In this document: positions 1-11,000 of the stretch, piece by piece
Position numbering within the stretch: the stretch's first letter is position 1
Layout of the letters: each line of letters starts with the position of its first letter
Assembly (NCBI GenBank): GCA_002428205.1
Contig: DIUH01000038.1
Span: 25,117 to 60,202, forward strand
DNA length: 35,086 bases
Source of the DNA: Planctomycetaceae bacterium UBA6163
GTDB lineage: Bacteria; Planctomycetota; Planctomycetia; Pirellulales; Pirellulaceae
Reading direction: 5' to 3'
Notes under the pieces: model-generated
Told to the model about the DNA's origin: nothing
Seen by the model: the letters and a program-made list of their open reading frames with translations, nothing else
The model's database searches: none
Position numbers and translations under genes: made by a program

Positions 1-1365
1 TTGCCACGGATTGTTTGGCAGAATCTTCAGCGGCGTGTCGTTGCCGATCAAGCAATGATCGTCCAGCGGCTTGCAGATGCTTCTGCGGAAGATGCTTTGT
101 TGGTCGCTATGGCACCAAGAATTGCGACCCGATTGTTGGCCGATGTGAAATCTGATTTGTCCGCCCCCAGCGATGCTGCCACGCTCACTTCGGTGTTAGC
201 GATTGCCGATTCATTGGCTGCGCGTAACGGGGCGGCCGAAGGTGAAGTCTTGCGATCAGTACTGGCCAAGCTGCGCACCGGCGAGATTCGTGCCGTCGCG
301 GCGAAGGAATCACTGACCAAGTGGTTGGGCAAGACCGAATCGACCGGCGACTATCGTATGCAAATAGCAGCCTTCGCCGGCGATGCGTCCGCGCTCGATC
401 AAGTCGCGGCGATGTTGATCGATCGCGGGCGCTCCCCAGACCAGCGTCGCGACGCACTCGAAACGATTGCGATGACGAATCCGTCGGCGATGCAGGCCGC
501 GGTTTCGCAATGGATTACCGACCTAACCGATAAAGGTAAGGTGGACGATGGCTGGCGTGATGCATTGGTCGCCGCTGTCATCAGGTACGGCGACTCGGAA
601 ACTCAGCGTAAGATTTTGGCTCAATTGGTTCACCTGCCGATCGGTGTTCGCACGATGATTGCGGGCCGCATGATCCAGCGCGACGCTACGGCAAAATTGT
701 TGCTGGCCGAAATCAGCTCAGGCACCTTAGCGAAAGATATGCTCGGCCCCGACCAAATCAAACAATTGGCTGCCAGCCCCGCAGCAGACATTCAAGCGAG
801 CGTAAAGGAAATCTGGGGTTCGGTGCGAATGAAAGATTCCGCTAATCGCCAAGCGGTAGTGCGCGAAACGACCGAATATCTTCTCAAGGAAGCGCATGGC
901 GATGCCACCAAAGGTTGGGTGGTTTACGATCGCATCTGCGGCCAATGCCACAAAATGCACGGCCGCGGTTATGAGGTCGGCCCCGAGATCACGCGCAATG
1001 GTCGCGGCAGTTTCGAACAATTGGTGGTCAGCGTTTTTGATCCCAGTTTGGTAATCGGCGAAGCTTATAAGAGCGTTTCGGTTTTAACTTCCGATGGGCG
1101 TTTGATCAGCGGATTGGTTACCGAACGTTCAGACCAAAGGATCGTCCTGAAGGTTCAAGGCGGTAAGTTGGAAGTGATTCCGATGGATGAAGCCGATGAG
1201 ATTCGTGATAACGATCAATCGCTAATGCCCGAAGGTCTGGAAACGCAAATGACGCGGCAAGAGATGGCCGACTTGTTCGCGCTGCTTTCGCTGGAACAGT
1301 CGCCCGAAACTGCCGGTTCCCAAGTGATCGCGGGAACGCCGGAGGGCCTGCACGCGAAACCTTAA
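1..1365 (+). CDS. Heme-binding CxxCH (cytochrome c) domain protein with helical HEAT-like repeats; 5' end lies outside the window
   Basis: ORF is open from base 1 to the TAA at 1363-1365. The C-terminal CGQCH heme motif is followed by GPEIT..FDPS..SLMPEGL..LFALLS. This module is colinear with the C-terminus of the 8044-11109 product (Pirellula/Verrucomicrobium-type heme-binding domain, TIGR02603-like from memory). Confidence 0.8.
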   Translation: MPRIVWQNLQRRVVADQAMIVQRLADASAEDALLVAMAPRIATRLLADVKSDLSAPSDAATLTSVLAIADSLAARNGAAEGEVLRSVLAKLRTGEIRAVAAKESLTKWLGKTESTGDYRMQIAAFAGDASALDQVAAMLIDRGRSPDQRRDALETIAMTNPSAMQAAVSQWITDLTDKGKVDDGWRDALVAAVIRYGDSETQRKILAQLVHLPIGVRTMIAGRMIQRDATAKLLLAEISSGTLAKDMLGPDQIKQLAASPAADIQASVKEIWGSVRMKDSANRQAVVRETTEYLLKEAHGDATKGWVVYDRICGQCHKMHGRGYEVGPEITRNGRGSFEQLVVSVFDPSLVIGEAYKSVSVLTSDGRLISGLVTERSDQRIVLKVQGGKLEVIPMDEADEIRDNDQSLMPEGLETQMTRQEMADLFALLSLEQSPETAGSQVIAGTPEGLHAKP

Positions 1366-1379
1366 CGGACCGCAACTCA

Positions 1380-2159
1380 CTATTCTCTCACGCGTTTTGC
1401 CAGCCACTCTGCTACCCAGCGGTCTGCTGGCGGACTTAACGGCACGCGGGGCGGCTTGTCGTAATCGACGATCAAATCGTATCCCGCTCGGTCGTAGGCC
1501 GTGTTCAGTACGTCGCCCAAATCCAGCTCCGCATCGTCATCAACGGGTAAAAGCGGAATCTTAATGATTGGTAATCGCTGCGAAACGAGAATCGGCCACA
1601 GGATCCCCTTAGGCCGCTGGCCTCGCTTGGAAACGTGAACGAGATAATCGTGAGGTGGTAGCCGTTCGCCCGTGTAAATCGGCTCGCCATCGCGCAGCAA
1701 ATCGATCTCGACCAAATGAGCCGGCGACTGCATCACCTCCAGTCGCTTGGTTTCATAATTGGTCCGGCCTCGTGAACCGACGATCTTGTTCGTAGGGCTC
1801 AACACTTCGATCACCGTCACCACCTGTCGTCCCACACCATCGACGATCACGATTCGCGCCTCCCGCATCTCTTCTTCGATCATCGTCGTTGCAACCACAG
1901 GTTCGGCGACGGCAGTGTCAGACGCACGATACCGAGCGCCATCCGACGCGACCTGAATCGCAACATCGGGCACGATCGCTCGTCGACCCGGGTCTTGCTC
2001 GTCCGAGATATAAACCCGCTCCTCCACCATCGACCGATACTTCGGTCGCAAGCTGCGATTAAGCGACGCCTGGATTTCAGAAATCAATCCGTGATGAACG
2101 TTCGGCCAAATCTCGGGTGCTTCGAGATACGGGTCCATCCCAGGAAACGGAGTTGGCAT
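1380..2159 (-). CDS. DUF4058 family protein (Uma2-like, PD-(D/E)xK nuclease-fold candidate)
   Basis: ATG at 2159. N-terminal signature MPTPFPGMDPYLE..IWPNVHH. Later motifs are VPDV ... IEVLSPTNK ... LVEIDLLR, typical of this family. Convergent with the upstream gene, 14 bp apart. Confidence 0.7.
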   Translation of the reverse strand: MPTPFPGMDPYLEAPEIWPNVHHGLISEIQASLNRSLRPKYRSMVEERVYISDEQDPGRRAIVPDVAIQVASDGARYRASDTAVAEPVVATTMIEEEMREARIVIVDGVGRQVVTVIEVLSPTNKIVGSRGRTNYETKRLEVMQSPAHLVEIDLLRDGEPIYTGERLPPHDYLVHVSKRGQRPKGILWPILVSQRLPIIKIPLLPVDDDAELDLGDVLNTAYDRAGYDLIVDYDKPPRVPLSPPADRWVAEWLAKRVRE

Positions 2160-2344
2160 GGTGGAAGTTTGAATGGTGAAGTGTGAAGTTTGAAAAGCAG
2201 CGTCGCCCTATTTGGCAACGGGGCCGCCCCCTTTTCAAACAGAGCCTGCAATCATTCTATGCGATTGTCGTCGCAACGGCCTAAAGAAAGCCGGGGCTCC
2301 GGGGCTCCGGCGCTTTGGTGCGACAATGGCGAGCGGAGAGCTGA

Positions 2345-2905
2345 TCATGGTTCGATCTGCGATGGAGCGATCACGTTTGCATCTTCCGCTGAACCGGTCC
2401 ACTGGGCGAGCTCGCAGCGGTTGGCCTGCCATCCGGCGTGTACCAAAGTGCCGGATCGTTTTCCGGCCGCAGCATCACCCACCCATTGGTATCGCAGGGG
2501 TGAAGCCGACTCGGGTACATCGACGCTTTGGCCCTCGGACTGACCCAGCAGCGGACTGAGTTCGAAAATCCGGGCGATCGTTGACCGACACTGTGATAAA
2601 CAAGGCCTAGCGGCCGCCCCGACTTGCGCATCGGAATATTGATCGAGCGGTTCTTGAATCAAATCGACCAAGCGTGCTTCGCGTTGCAGCGTAGCCAACA
2701 GGGTAACTGCATCGCTGCGGATCGGCTTAGCTGGGACGACCGGTACCGCGATCGGTGCGGCGGGCTCGGGCTTGGTGGGCGGCGGTGGAAGTTGGTCAAC
2801 GACCGTCGACGCGGCGTCATTATCCAAGACCGCCTGGATCTGTTTTGCCTTTTTGTTATCGAACAACGCAATGAAAAACGCTCGAAAAGCGACGGCAATG
2901 GACAT
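2345..2905 (-). CDS. DUF2760-like protein (hypothetical)
   Basis: Start placed at the internal ATG (MSIAVAFRAFFIALFDNKKA...). The longer ORF to 3088 would overlap the neighbouring gene and adds a Cys/Arg-rich unlikely extension. Layout is an N-terminal hydrophobic helix, a Pro-rich linker and a C-terminal domain ending ..GTLVHAGWQ... Family name is from memory only. Confidence 0.45.
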   Translation of the reverse strand: MSIAVAFRAFFIALFDNKKAKQIQAVLDNDAASTVVDQLPPPPTKPEPAAPIAVPVVPAKPIRSDAVTLLATLQREARLVDLIQEPLDQYSDAQVGAAARPCLSQCRSTIARIFELSPLLGQSEGQSVDVPESASPLRYQWVGDAAAGKRSGTLVHAGWQANRCELAQWTGSAEDANVIAPSQIEP

Positions 2906-3056
2906 GATGGAAGCAACCTGCGGTGATCGGGCGGAATCGGTTTGCGGATCGCGACCGCAATTCAAAACGCCCAACAGCTTTACTAACCCTGCGTAGCCGT
3001 CAAGGGTATTGCCACCTGGGTAGTGTCCCAGGGTGGCCTGTAGATCGCTGGTACAC

Positions 3057-3341
3057 CTAAGGATTCGGATCCGGCAGGCTCGATTCAACAGGGACTTCGG
3101 TCGCTGGTGTTGTTCCCGGTTCGATATTGCTGGTCCCCTGTCGAGACATGACGAAATACGCGGCCAGGGTGATCAGCATGATGATCAAAATGATCGGATA
3201 GGCACCCATGACCAAAGCCAACGGGGCCGTCGGTTTCTGCTTCTCCATCAACTCGGGATCACCAAGCATTTCGTCTGGTGAATCGACGATCGAATCAGGC
3301 TTGTCGTCATTGATAGGTCTTACTGGTACTTGATTGCTCAT
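3057..3341 (-). CDS. Small single-pass membrane protein (hypothetical)
   Basis: Internal ATG at 3341 is preceded by GGAAGAGG (SD-like). There is one strong hydrophobic segment (LALVMGAYPIILIIMLITLAAYFV). No recognisable family. Confidence 0.4.
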   Translation of the reverse strand: MSNQVPVRPINDDKPDSIVDSPDEMLGDPELMEKQKPTAPLALVMGAYPIILIIMLITLAAYFVMSRQGTSNIEPGTTPATEVPVESSLPDPNP

Positions 3342-3671
3342 CGAACCTCTTCCATTTCGGGTATCAGATATTTGTTGCCATGGTTCTGCCGCTGCATTCA
3401 TATGGCCATAGCCCACATGTCGGGTTCGGCAATGGTCTAACAATCTAACTATCCATTTATTACGGAGGTTTGCGGTTGAAATTCGCGTTATCCGTTATTT
3501 CAGTGGTTAGCAATAAAACAGTCAGTGCACTGGACACTGCCCAAGTGATGGTGTGTGGAAGACGATGGGACACGATCGGGTACGGCAATTGCATGCACCC
3601 ATATCGCTCGTGCAACGGATGATCGCTGTAGCCTGATCGATCAGGCATCGAAATGATTTGGAATCGCTATC

Positions 3672-4814
3672 ATGAAAATCTCTAAGCTTTGCGGTGGCAC
3701 TTTATTTATTGTCGCCACTATATTGCCAACGCTTGCGAGTTCACAAGCCAATGTTTCCCGTCCTAGGACCGGTTCGCCGGTTGTCCCGGGCGGCGCGGCA
3801 ATTCCTGGTTCACAAGCGGTGCCGATCCTCGACCCGGCGGTCCCGGCTCCTGACGCAGTCCCAGGTCTTGAGTTGCTCGATTCCCAACAGCGAGAGCGCA
3901 GGGCTGCCGCAGCCGCTGCCGCAGCGGAGGAATCTGTGCGCCGCGGCGATGGGGCAACCGTTTCGGTGTCGTCTGGCGGTATGAATGAATTACAAGCCTT
4001 GATTGCGGTAAGACTGCAGATCGACAGTCTTGCATCGATTGAATTGACGCAGTTTGCGATCGAGCGGGTAACCAACAGCGATGTTCGACAGTTTGCTGAG
4101 GCGTTGGTAACGGATCAACAACATTTTTGGCGAGCCTTAGAGCGTTTGAACGAACTGCAATCATCGGGCGAGTTGCCAGCACCGAAAGGTGACAGAGTTG
4201 GGGATCGCTTAGAAAACGTCGAAAATGGTCAAGGTTCGTTTTCAAGGGGCGAGCAAGCAAACCCGACACAGCTTGGGCGAACATTGCCGATCGAACGACA
4301 GATAGGTCAAACGCCAATCGGCCAAACATTGCCTGATCAATTCCCGTTGTCACGTCGCCCGCCCGCACAATCGTTGGTTCCTCCGGCGGATGGCGGCATC
4401 CGTTACGGCGGTACGCTTCCGCCCGCAGGCGGTGAAACTCGGGTTCCTCATGGCGAAGTGCCTGGCGATTCGCTGCCACCGCCAGTCCCCCGCGCCACGG
4501 AGCCAGTCCGCGACACGGAGCCAGTTCAAGCGGCCGCCCCTGCCAGCAATCCATTGGTCACGATTGCCGATCGTGCGGCGCAATCACAACTTGCAATCAC
4601 GAAAGCATTATTGCTGCGAAACGAAGGTATTCAATTTGACCAAAGGTTTGTCGCGATGCAATTAGCAGAACAAGTGCGGATGTTAGCGCAATTACGCGCT
4701 GTTGCTGAAATCGGTTCAGACGAGTTTCGCGAGATCATTGAAACCGCGGAAGAATTAACCATGGCCCATCTGGCGTCGGCTGAGTCGCTTGCCAGTCGTT
4801 TGGATGAGCGGTAG
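3672..4814 (+). CDS. Secreted protein with a split DUF4142-like domain
   Basis: Signal peptide MKISKLCGGTLFIVATILPTLASSQA. Two helical halves (IELTQFAIERVTNSDVRQFAEALVTDQQH and FDQRFVAMQLAEQVRMLAQL...AHLASAESL) resemble DUF4142. They are separated by about 150 aa of P/G/Q-rich low complexity. Confidence 0.55.
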   Translation: MKISKLCGGTLFIVATILPTLASSQANVSRPRTGSPVVPGGAAIPGSQAVPILDPAVPAPDAVPGLELLDSQQRERRAAAAAAAAEESVRRGDGATVSVSSGGMNELQALIAVRLQIDSLASIELTQFAIERVTNSDVRQFAEALVTDQQHFWRALERLNELQSSGELPAPKGDRVGDRLENVENGQGSFSRGEQANPTQLGRTLPIERQIGQTPIGQTLPDQFPLSRRPPAQSLVPPADGGIRYGGTLPPAGGETRVPHGEVPGDSLPPPVPRATEPVRDTEPVQAAAPASNPLVTIADRAAQSQLAITKALLLRNEGIQFDQRFVAMQLAEQVRMLAQLRAVAEIGSDEFREIIETAEELTMAHLASAESLASRLDER

Positions 4815-4832
4815 GGAGTCGATGCGGTAGCA

Positions 4833-6551
4833 TCAATCTTCATCACGGCCTGATAGATGGCCGCTGCGGTTGATTGCGATATACAGACGCAGCATCATCA
4901 TAATGCTGGCCGCCGCACCGCATAGCCCCAGAATACTGATGCGATGCAAACCGAAGTGGGTCGGTTCCAGAAATATCACGGGGGGAACATTCATCGATAA
5001 CATTAGCGCCGACCCGAGAAACAGCGCACTACAGATCAGGCCTAACACCAAGCGGTTGACCGATGCGCCTAAGCGATGATGGTTCATGTGAACGCTCAAT
5101 TGCCCGCGCCGTGCTTGGTCAAGCAACCCAAGGATTTGATCGGGCACGACTTCCATGAAGTATTCCGCCTCCATCACCATCCGTAACGCTTGGCGAAGGC
5201 GTCTGCGGGGACTTAATCGATTCAGCGATGCCTTGCGAATAAACCCCGCCATAATCTCCAGCGCGTCAAAATCGGCGCTCAGTGCCGACAGAGTCCCTTC
5301 TAATGAGATCATCATTTTCATCAGCATCGCGGACTGGGTTGGCAGTTTGATCCCGTGTCGATGCAACACTTCGCCAAGATCATTGAGCGCGCCGGTCAAG
5401 TCAAAGCTGCCCAAATCTTGATGTCCATAAGTCGCGATGAACTCAGACACGTCGACCGACAACGCGGCCTCGTCTAAGTTTGCCGGTGCATTACCGGCAC
5501 GTCGCACCAATTGGGTCAAACGACTGCTGTCGCCGTTGCCGATCGCCATCAGCATTTCTTCGATCTGTTCTCGCAATCGTGTGTCGATCCGACCGATCAT
5601 TCCGAAATCGAGAATGCCAACACCGCCGTTGGCCAGCATCACAAGATTTCCGGGATGGGGGTCGGCGTGAAACATGCCATGGGTAAACAGCATTTGCATG
5701 TAGACGGTGGTGATCAACCTGGCGGCTTTCAACCGCTCGTCGCCGCTGAGTTCTTGGATGGCTTGAGAACGCGACAAGTCTTGGCCCGTCAATCGCGTCA
5801 TCACGATCACTCGCCGCGTGCACAGCGTGTCGATCGGACGCGGGATCTCGATCCCTTCGATCCCCGCAAGCAAGGTCGCAAAGACGTGCAAGTTCTGGCG
5901 TTCACGGCCGAAATCGAGTTCGCGTCGAACCATCGGCGCCATTTGCTGGACCAACTTCTGCGGTGAAAATGCCGCCAAACCCTCGACCTTCTCCGCCAAC
6001 ACCGCTAATCCTTCAAGGACATCCAAGTCGCAGACCATCATCGCTTCGATATTCGGCCGCTGGACTTTAATGACCACATCGGTGCCATCGGCCAAATAAG
6101 CGCGGTGGACCTGGCCGATCGATGCGGTCGCCAGCGGTGTCTCGTCAAAATCGACGATGTCGGTGTCGATCAGGTTCCCGAGTTCCGCCCGCAGCGTATT
6201 GCGAATCAACTGCGAATCGACCGCCGGGACATCGCTGTGCAATCGCTTCAGCTCGTTGGCCATCGAAGTGCCGACCAAGTCAGGCCGGGAGGCGAGAATT
6301 TGGCCTAACTTGATGAACGTTGGCCCAAGTTCGGTCAAAGCCATTCGGACCCGAACTTCGCGGGAATGCGACGACAGCGGCGTTCCCTGTGAATCCTTCA
6401 GCCAATTTTGAAACGGCAATTGCGGAAACTGGCTTAACCAATCCGCCAAACCGTACCGTTGCAGCACCGTCAAGATTTCTCGCCAGCGACGCAGGTTGCG
6501 GTACAGTTGTGGAATTGCTGTGATCTTCATCTGACTAATCGTAACTATCAA
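4833..6551 (-). CDS. ABC1/UbiB-family atypical protein kinase, C-terminal membrane anchor
   Basis: Motifs ELGPTFIKLGQILASRPDLVG, ASIGQVHRA, FHADPHPGNL and ILDFGM, plus two C-terminal hydrophobic helices. The 6551 start is TTG; an ATG alternative (MKITAIPQLYRN) lies at 6530. Confidence 0.9.
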   Translation of the reverse strand: MIVTISQMKITAIPQLYRNLRRWREILTVLQRYGLADWLSQFPQLPFQNWLKDSQGTPLSSHSREVRVRMALTELGPTFIKLGQILASRPDLVGTSMANELKRLHSDVPAVDSQLIRNTLRAELGNLIDTDIVDFDETPLATASIGQVHRAYLADGTDVVIKVQRPNIEAMMVCDLDVLEGLAVLAEKVEGLAAFSPQKLVQQMAPMVRRELDFGRERQNLHVFATLLAGIEGIEIPRPIDTLCTRRVIVMTRLTGQDLSRSQAIQELSGDERLKAARLITTVYMQMLFTHGMFHADPHPGNLVMLANGGVGILDFGMIGRIDTRLREQIEEMLMAIGNGDSSRLTQLVRRAGNAPANLDEAALSVDVSEFIATYGHQDLGSFDLTGALNDLGEVLHRHGIKLPTQSAMLMKMMISLEGTLSALSADFDALEIMAGFIRKASLNRLSPRRRLRQALRMVMEAEYFMEVVPDQILGLLDQARRGQLSVHMNHHRLGASVNRLVLGLICSALFLGSALMLSMNVPPVIFLEPTHFGLHRISILGLCGAAASIMMMLRLYIAINRSGHLSGRDED

Positions 6552-6835
6552 TTACCAAGATTGAATGTCACTGCCACAATTAAGCTGCGCCGCGGCGCGG
6601 TTGCGCGTGCCGCAAGTGCCGCCAGACGCGGTTGTTCCGCCGTAATTGTCCGAGAAAAATCTCGCCCACGAGCGGATGTTTGTTGTTGGTAGCGGTTGTA
6701 GCGATTCGCGGCCACCGGTCGGCCGCCATCCGTTAACGGTGATACCCGTGCCTGCTAAGATTGAGTTAAGCTAAGACGCTGCTGAACTTGTCCCGTCCGA
6801 CCTCCCGAAACCGATCGCCCTGCGATTAAGCCGGA

Positions 6836-7999
6836 GTGGCTATGTTTTTGCCTTGTCATCGAACTCACTTTCATCGCCCTTGTACGCCGCTCTGCCGGTG
6901 CGCTTCCGCAGACGCATTTAACTCGTTTTGTGGTTTGGTCTGCGGTCTATGCGTAAGCGTTTGCTTGGCATTTACGCCCACCGCGTTTGCGACCGAACGG
7001 ATTCGATACAAAAACGACAAGGGCAACGAGGTGGAGATCGTCGGTGAGGCGATTGTGACCGCGCAAGACGGTGGCCAGATGATTTTGACCGATGACGGAC
7101 ACATGTTGATTGTCCAGCCCGAGACGGTGGTCTCGCGTGAAACGACGCCAGAACCGTTAACGCCGGTTGATGCCGATGCGATCAGCCACCGATTGCTGGC
7201 CGTTCTGCCGGAAGGGTTTGCGATTTATCGCACAAAAAACTACGTGATCGCACACAACACCAGCGATGCGTATGTCCGTTGGGTTGGAGGGCTATTCGAA
7301 TCGTTGCATCGCGGTTTCCACGCCTATTTCAAAAACCAAGGCATGACACTGTCCCAGCCGCGTTTCCCGCTGGTCGCGCTCGTTTTTGCCGATCGAAAAT
7401 CGTTCGACCAATACGCCACCGCGGAACTTGGCGAGGCAGGTGAGTCAGTGATCGGATATTACAACCTCGAAACGAATCGAATGACGACTTTCAACGTCCC
7501 GAATCCGGAACGTAACGTGGCCACAATTATCCACGAAGCGACCCATCAACTTGCCTACAACACCGGACTGCAAACCCGTTTTGCGGATAATCCGATGTGG
7601 TTAAGCGAAGGATTGGCTGTTTTCTTTGAATCGCCAAACTTTGCCAATCCCAGTGGTTGGAAAGGGGTTGGTCGTGTTAACACGGTCAACCTAGCGAGGT
7701 TTCGCAAGTATCAACAATCGCGGCCACAAGATTCGTTAATCACACTGCTTTCGGATGATTCACGATTCCGAAACGGCGCAACCGCTGAGGACGCCTATTC
7801 AGAGGCGTGGGCCATGACTTACTTCCTGATTCGCACCAAGCGTAAAGAGTACTTTCAATATATGAAAGAACTCAGCGAGTCCAAACCGTTGGTTCAACTC
7901 GATCGCCGCGAGCGAATCGAGATGTTTCAACGAATATTTGATACCGACCTGCCAACGCTCGATCGACAGTTTTTGCTTTACATGGCACGAGTCCAATAG
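6836..7999 (+). CDS. DUF1570 domain protein (putative HExxH metallopeptidase-like), exported
   Basis: Hydrophobic N-terminus; IIHEATHQLAYNTG (HExxH) followed by MWLSEGLAVFFE. Start is GTG at 6836 or ATG at 6842. Confidence 0.7.
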   Translation: MAMFLPCHRTHFHRPCTPLCRCASADAFNSFCGLVCGLCVSVCLAFTPTAFATERIRYKNDKGNEVEIVGEAIVTAQDGGQMILTDDGHMLIVQPETVVSRETTPEPLTPVDADAISHRLLAVLPEGFAIYRTKNYVIAHNTSDAYVRWVGGLFESLHRGFHAYFKNQGMTLSQPRFPLVALVFADRKSFDQYATAELGEAGESVIGYYNLETNRMTTFNVPNPERNVATIIHEATHQLAYNTGLQTRFADNPMWLSEGLAVFFESPNFANPSGWKGVGRVNTVNLARFRKYQQSRPQDSLITLLSDDSRFRNGATAEDAYSEAWAMTYFLIRTKRKEYFQYMKELSESKPLVQLDRRERIEMFQRIFDTDLPTLDRQFLLYMARVQ

Positions 8000-8043
8000 T
8001 CGTTTCGCATTATCCATCATCCGATTCCCTGACATCTTTTCTT

Positions 8044-11000
8044 ATGCATAATTTTTGCCAGGTTGCCAGGTTTTTTGTCGCCAGGTTTTGCGTCTGCTTA
8101 GTTCTCATCGCAAGCCCCGGTTTTGCCAGCGATTTTCCGACACCGGTCAATACCGAAAAATCGTCGCTGCAACCGATGGCGCCTGACGAAGTGGTTAAGA
8201 CGGCTACCTTGCCTGAAGGTTTTCAGTTATCGGTTTTTGCGGCTGAACCGGATGTGCAAAATCCCATCGCGATTACAACCGATCACAAAGGTCGGTTATG
8301 GGTCGCGGAAAACTACACCTGGGCCGGCAACTCGCTGGGAAACTATCGTACCGATTTGCGTGACCGAATCATTATTCTGGAAGACACAGATGGAGACGGA
8401 AAACATGACAAACGGACCGTTTTCTCGGACCGATTGACAAAGGTTACCAGCGTTGAAGTCGGCTTCGGTGGTGTCTGGGTGATTGCGCTGCCAAATCTTC
8501 TGTTTATTCCCGACCGCGACGCCGACGACATCCCCGATGGGCCGCCCGAGATCGTCCTCGATGGATTCAACGAAGATTCGGTCAGCCACACGCCGGCCAA
8601 CGGTTTGCGGTGGGGGCCCGACGGTTGGTTGTATGCTCGTCACGGCATCCTTGCCACCAGTTCGATCGGCGTCCCCGGGGCGACCGAGTCGCAACGAGTA
8701 AAAATCAATACGGGAGTTTGGCGTTACCATCCGACCCGAAAAGAAGTCGAGACGGTGATGCATGGGATGACCAATTCATGGGGATTTGATTACAACAAAA
8801 ATGGCGACATGTTTTGTATCAATACCGTCATCGGCCACCTTTGGCATGTGATTCCCGGGGCGCGGACCGAGCGAATGTTTGGCACTGATATGAACCCGCG
8901 CGCCTATCAATTGCTGCCTCAAGTCGCCGATCACGTTCACTGGGACACTGGTGAAGTTTGGCACCAAGTCCGCGAAGGCGTCAGTGACACGACACTGGCC
9001 GCCGGCGGTGGTCATGCCCATATTGGATTAATGATCTATCAGGGCGACAATTGGCCGGCGGCCTATCGAGATAAGGTGTTTACTCTGAATCTGCACGGCA
9101 AGCGGATCAATTGCGATCGCTTGGAACGTGAAGGTGCCGCTTATGTCGCCAAACATGAAGCGGACCTAGTGATCTTTAATGATCCGTTTTTCAGAGGAAT
9201 GGATCTGATTACCGGGCCTGATGGCGGAGTATTCATTGCGGACTGGAGCGACACCGGGGAGTGTCATGATCACGACGGAGTCCATCGTACTAGTGGTCGG
9301 ATCTATAAACTTACTTTTAAGACACCACCGCCCGTTACGAACCTGGATCTCAGCAGGCATTCTATCGCCGAACTGCTTCAAGCCCAACTGCATCCGAACG
9401 CTTGGTTCGGACGGCAGGCTCGGCGCATCTTGCAGGAACGCCGCTGGGCGGATCCAGCGATAAAAGTTTCAGTTGATGATTTTCCCTCGGTGGAGACCGC
9501 TGATCAACAACTCTCGCTCGCTTGGGCAAAACGGGCCGCTGGAATAAACGATCTTGACTTTCTTTTTCAATCACCCGACGAAAATCACAAAGCGTGGGCG
9601 GTTCGATTTGCCGCCGATGATTTCAAGGCCGACGTTCCGTGCGATGCCAAAGTGATCAAGCATTTGCAATCCGCAGTTCAAGACGATACCAGCGGCATTG
9701 TGTCTTTGTACATCGCATCAGCCGCACAGCGATTACCGTCTGGCGATCGACTGAAGATTGCGGAAACGCTAATTCAGCGTGCTGATCTCGCGAACGACCG
9801 TTTTTTCCCGATTATGGTTTGGCTTTCAATCGAACCGGTGGTAGGCCAAGGCGGTTTGGAGGTCGTTGATCTTTGCAAGATTTCCAAACTGCCATTGGTG
9901 ACGCGAAACATTGCTCGGGCGGTTACTGAATCGATAGAGTCAAGGCCACAGGATGTCCAGCGCCTGATCACGATCGCTTTGAATAGCTCCGGATCATCCT
10001 CACAATTCTCCAACAGTCGTGAAATCATCCTTGGCATGTCCGAAGCGCTTGCCGGTTGGAATCGCGCTCCCAAGCCGGCCAATTGGTCTAGCGATTGGAA
10101 GTCTTATACTGCGACTGCCGGCGATTCTGATCACGATAGTCTGCAACAAGCGGTCACTCGATTGAATCTGGTTTTTGGCGATGGCCAAGCTATGGACCTT
10201 TTGGTGTCGATCGCTACCGATGCCGCTGCTGATCCCCGGTCACGACGGCAATCGATTGCCGCAATTTCAAGCGCGAAAGTGGCAGGATTCGATCGTGTAT
10301 TATTGACGCTGCTGGCCGATCGAGCGGTCCAACGCGAGACGCTACAAGGGCTCGCATATTATGATTCACCAGAAACGCCCAGCCGCGCGCTAGCGATGCT
10401 GGGGACGTATTCGCCCGACACTCGCCAAGAATTGATCCGTTTGCTGGTCACTCGTGCTCAGTTCGCCAAAGAATTGCTCAATGCCATACAGGATGGGCGC
10501 ATCAGTGCGACCGAGATTTCCGCTTATCATGCTCGACAGATACAGGACCTCAGCGATTCCGAATTAACCGAGCGACTGCGGTCGTTGTGGGGTGATGTTC
10601 GGCCAACGGCCGAAGATAAGCGGGCGACCATCGAATCACTGCGTTCAGAACTGACGCCCGAACGTTTGGCGAAAGCCGATCTGTCCCGTGGCCGTGTTTT
10701 ATTTAATCAAGTTTGTTCGAATTGTCATGTCTTGTATGGGCAAGGGCAGAGAGTTGGTCCCGACTTGACGGGGTCGAACCGGAATCATCTCGATTACCTG
10801 CTAGAAAACATTATTGATCCCAGTGCGAGTGTCGCCGGGGACTTTCGCAACACGATTTTCGTCTTGGACGACGGGCGTGTCCTGGCGGGTGTCAAACAGA
10901 TGCAGACTGAAAAAACGGTCGCTGTCCAGACCGCAGACGGGGTATTGGTCATCGATCGCGATTCGATTGCCGAAAGCAAACCGACCGCGAATTCGTTAAT

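Noticed and set aside
2906-3088. N-terminal 61-codon extension of the DUF2760-like ORF
   Set aside because: The extension (MNRACRIRILRCTS...) is Cys/Arg-rich and overlaps the 3' end of the neighbouring small membrane-protein gene. The internal ATG begins exactly at the hydrophobic N-terminal helix expected for the family.
3763-4554. 263-aa ORF antisense to the DUF4142-like gene
   Set aside because: Its Arg/Pro/Ala-rich composition is typical of antisense frames of GC-rich coding DNA. The sense-strand product has a signal peptide and recognisable helical halves.
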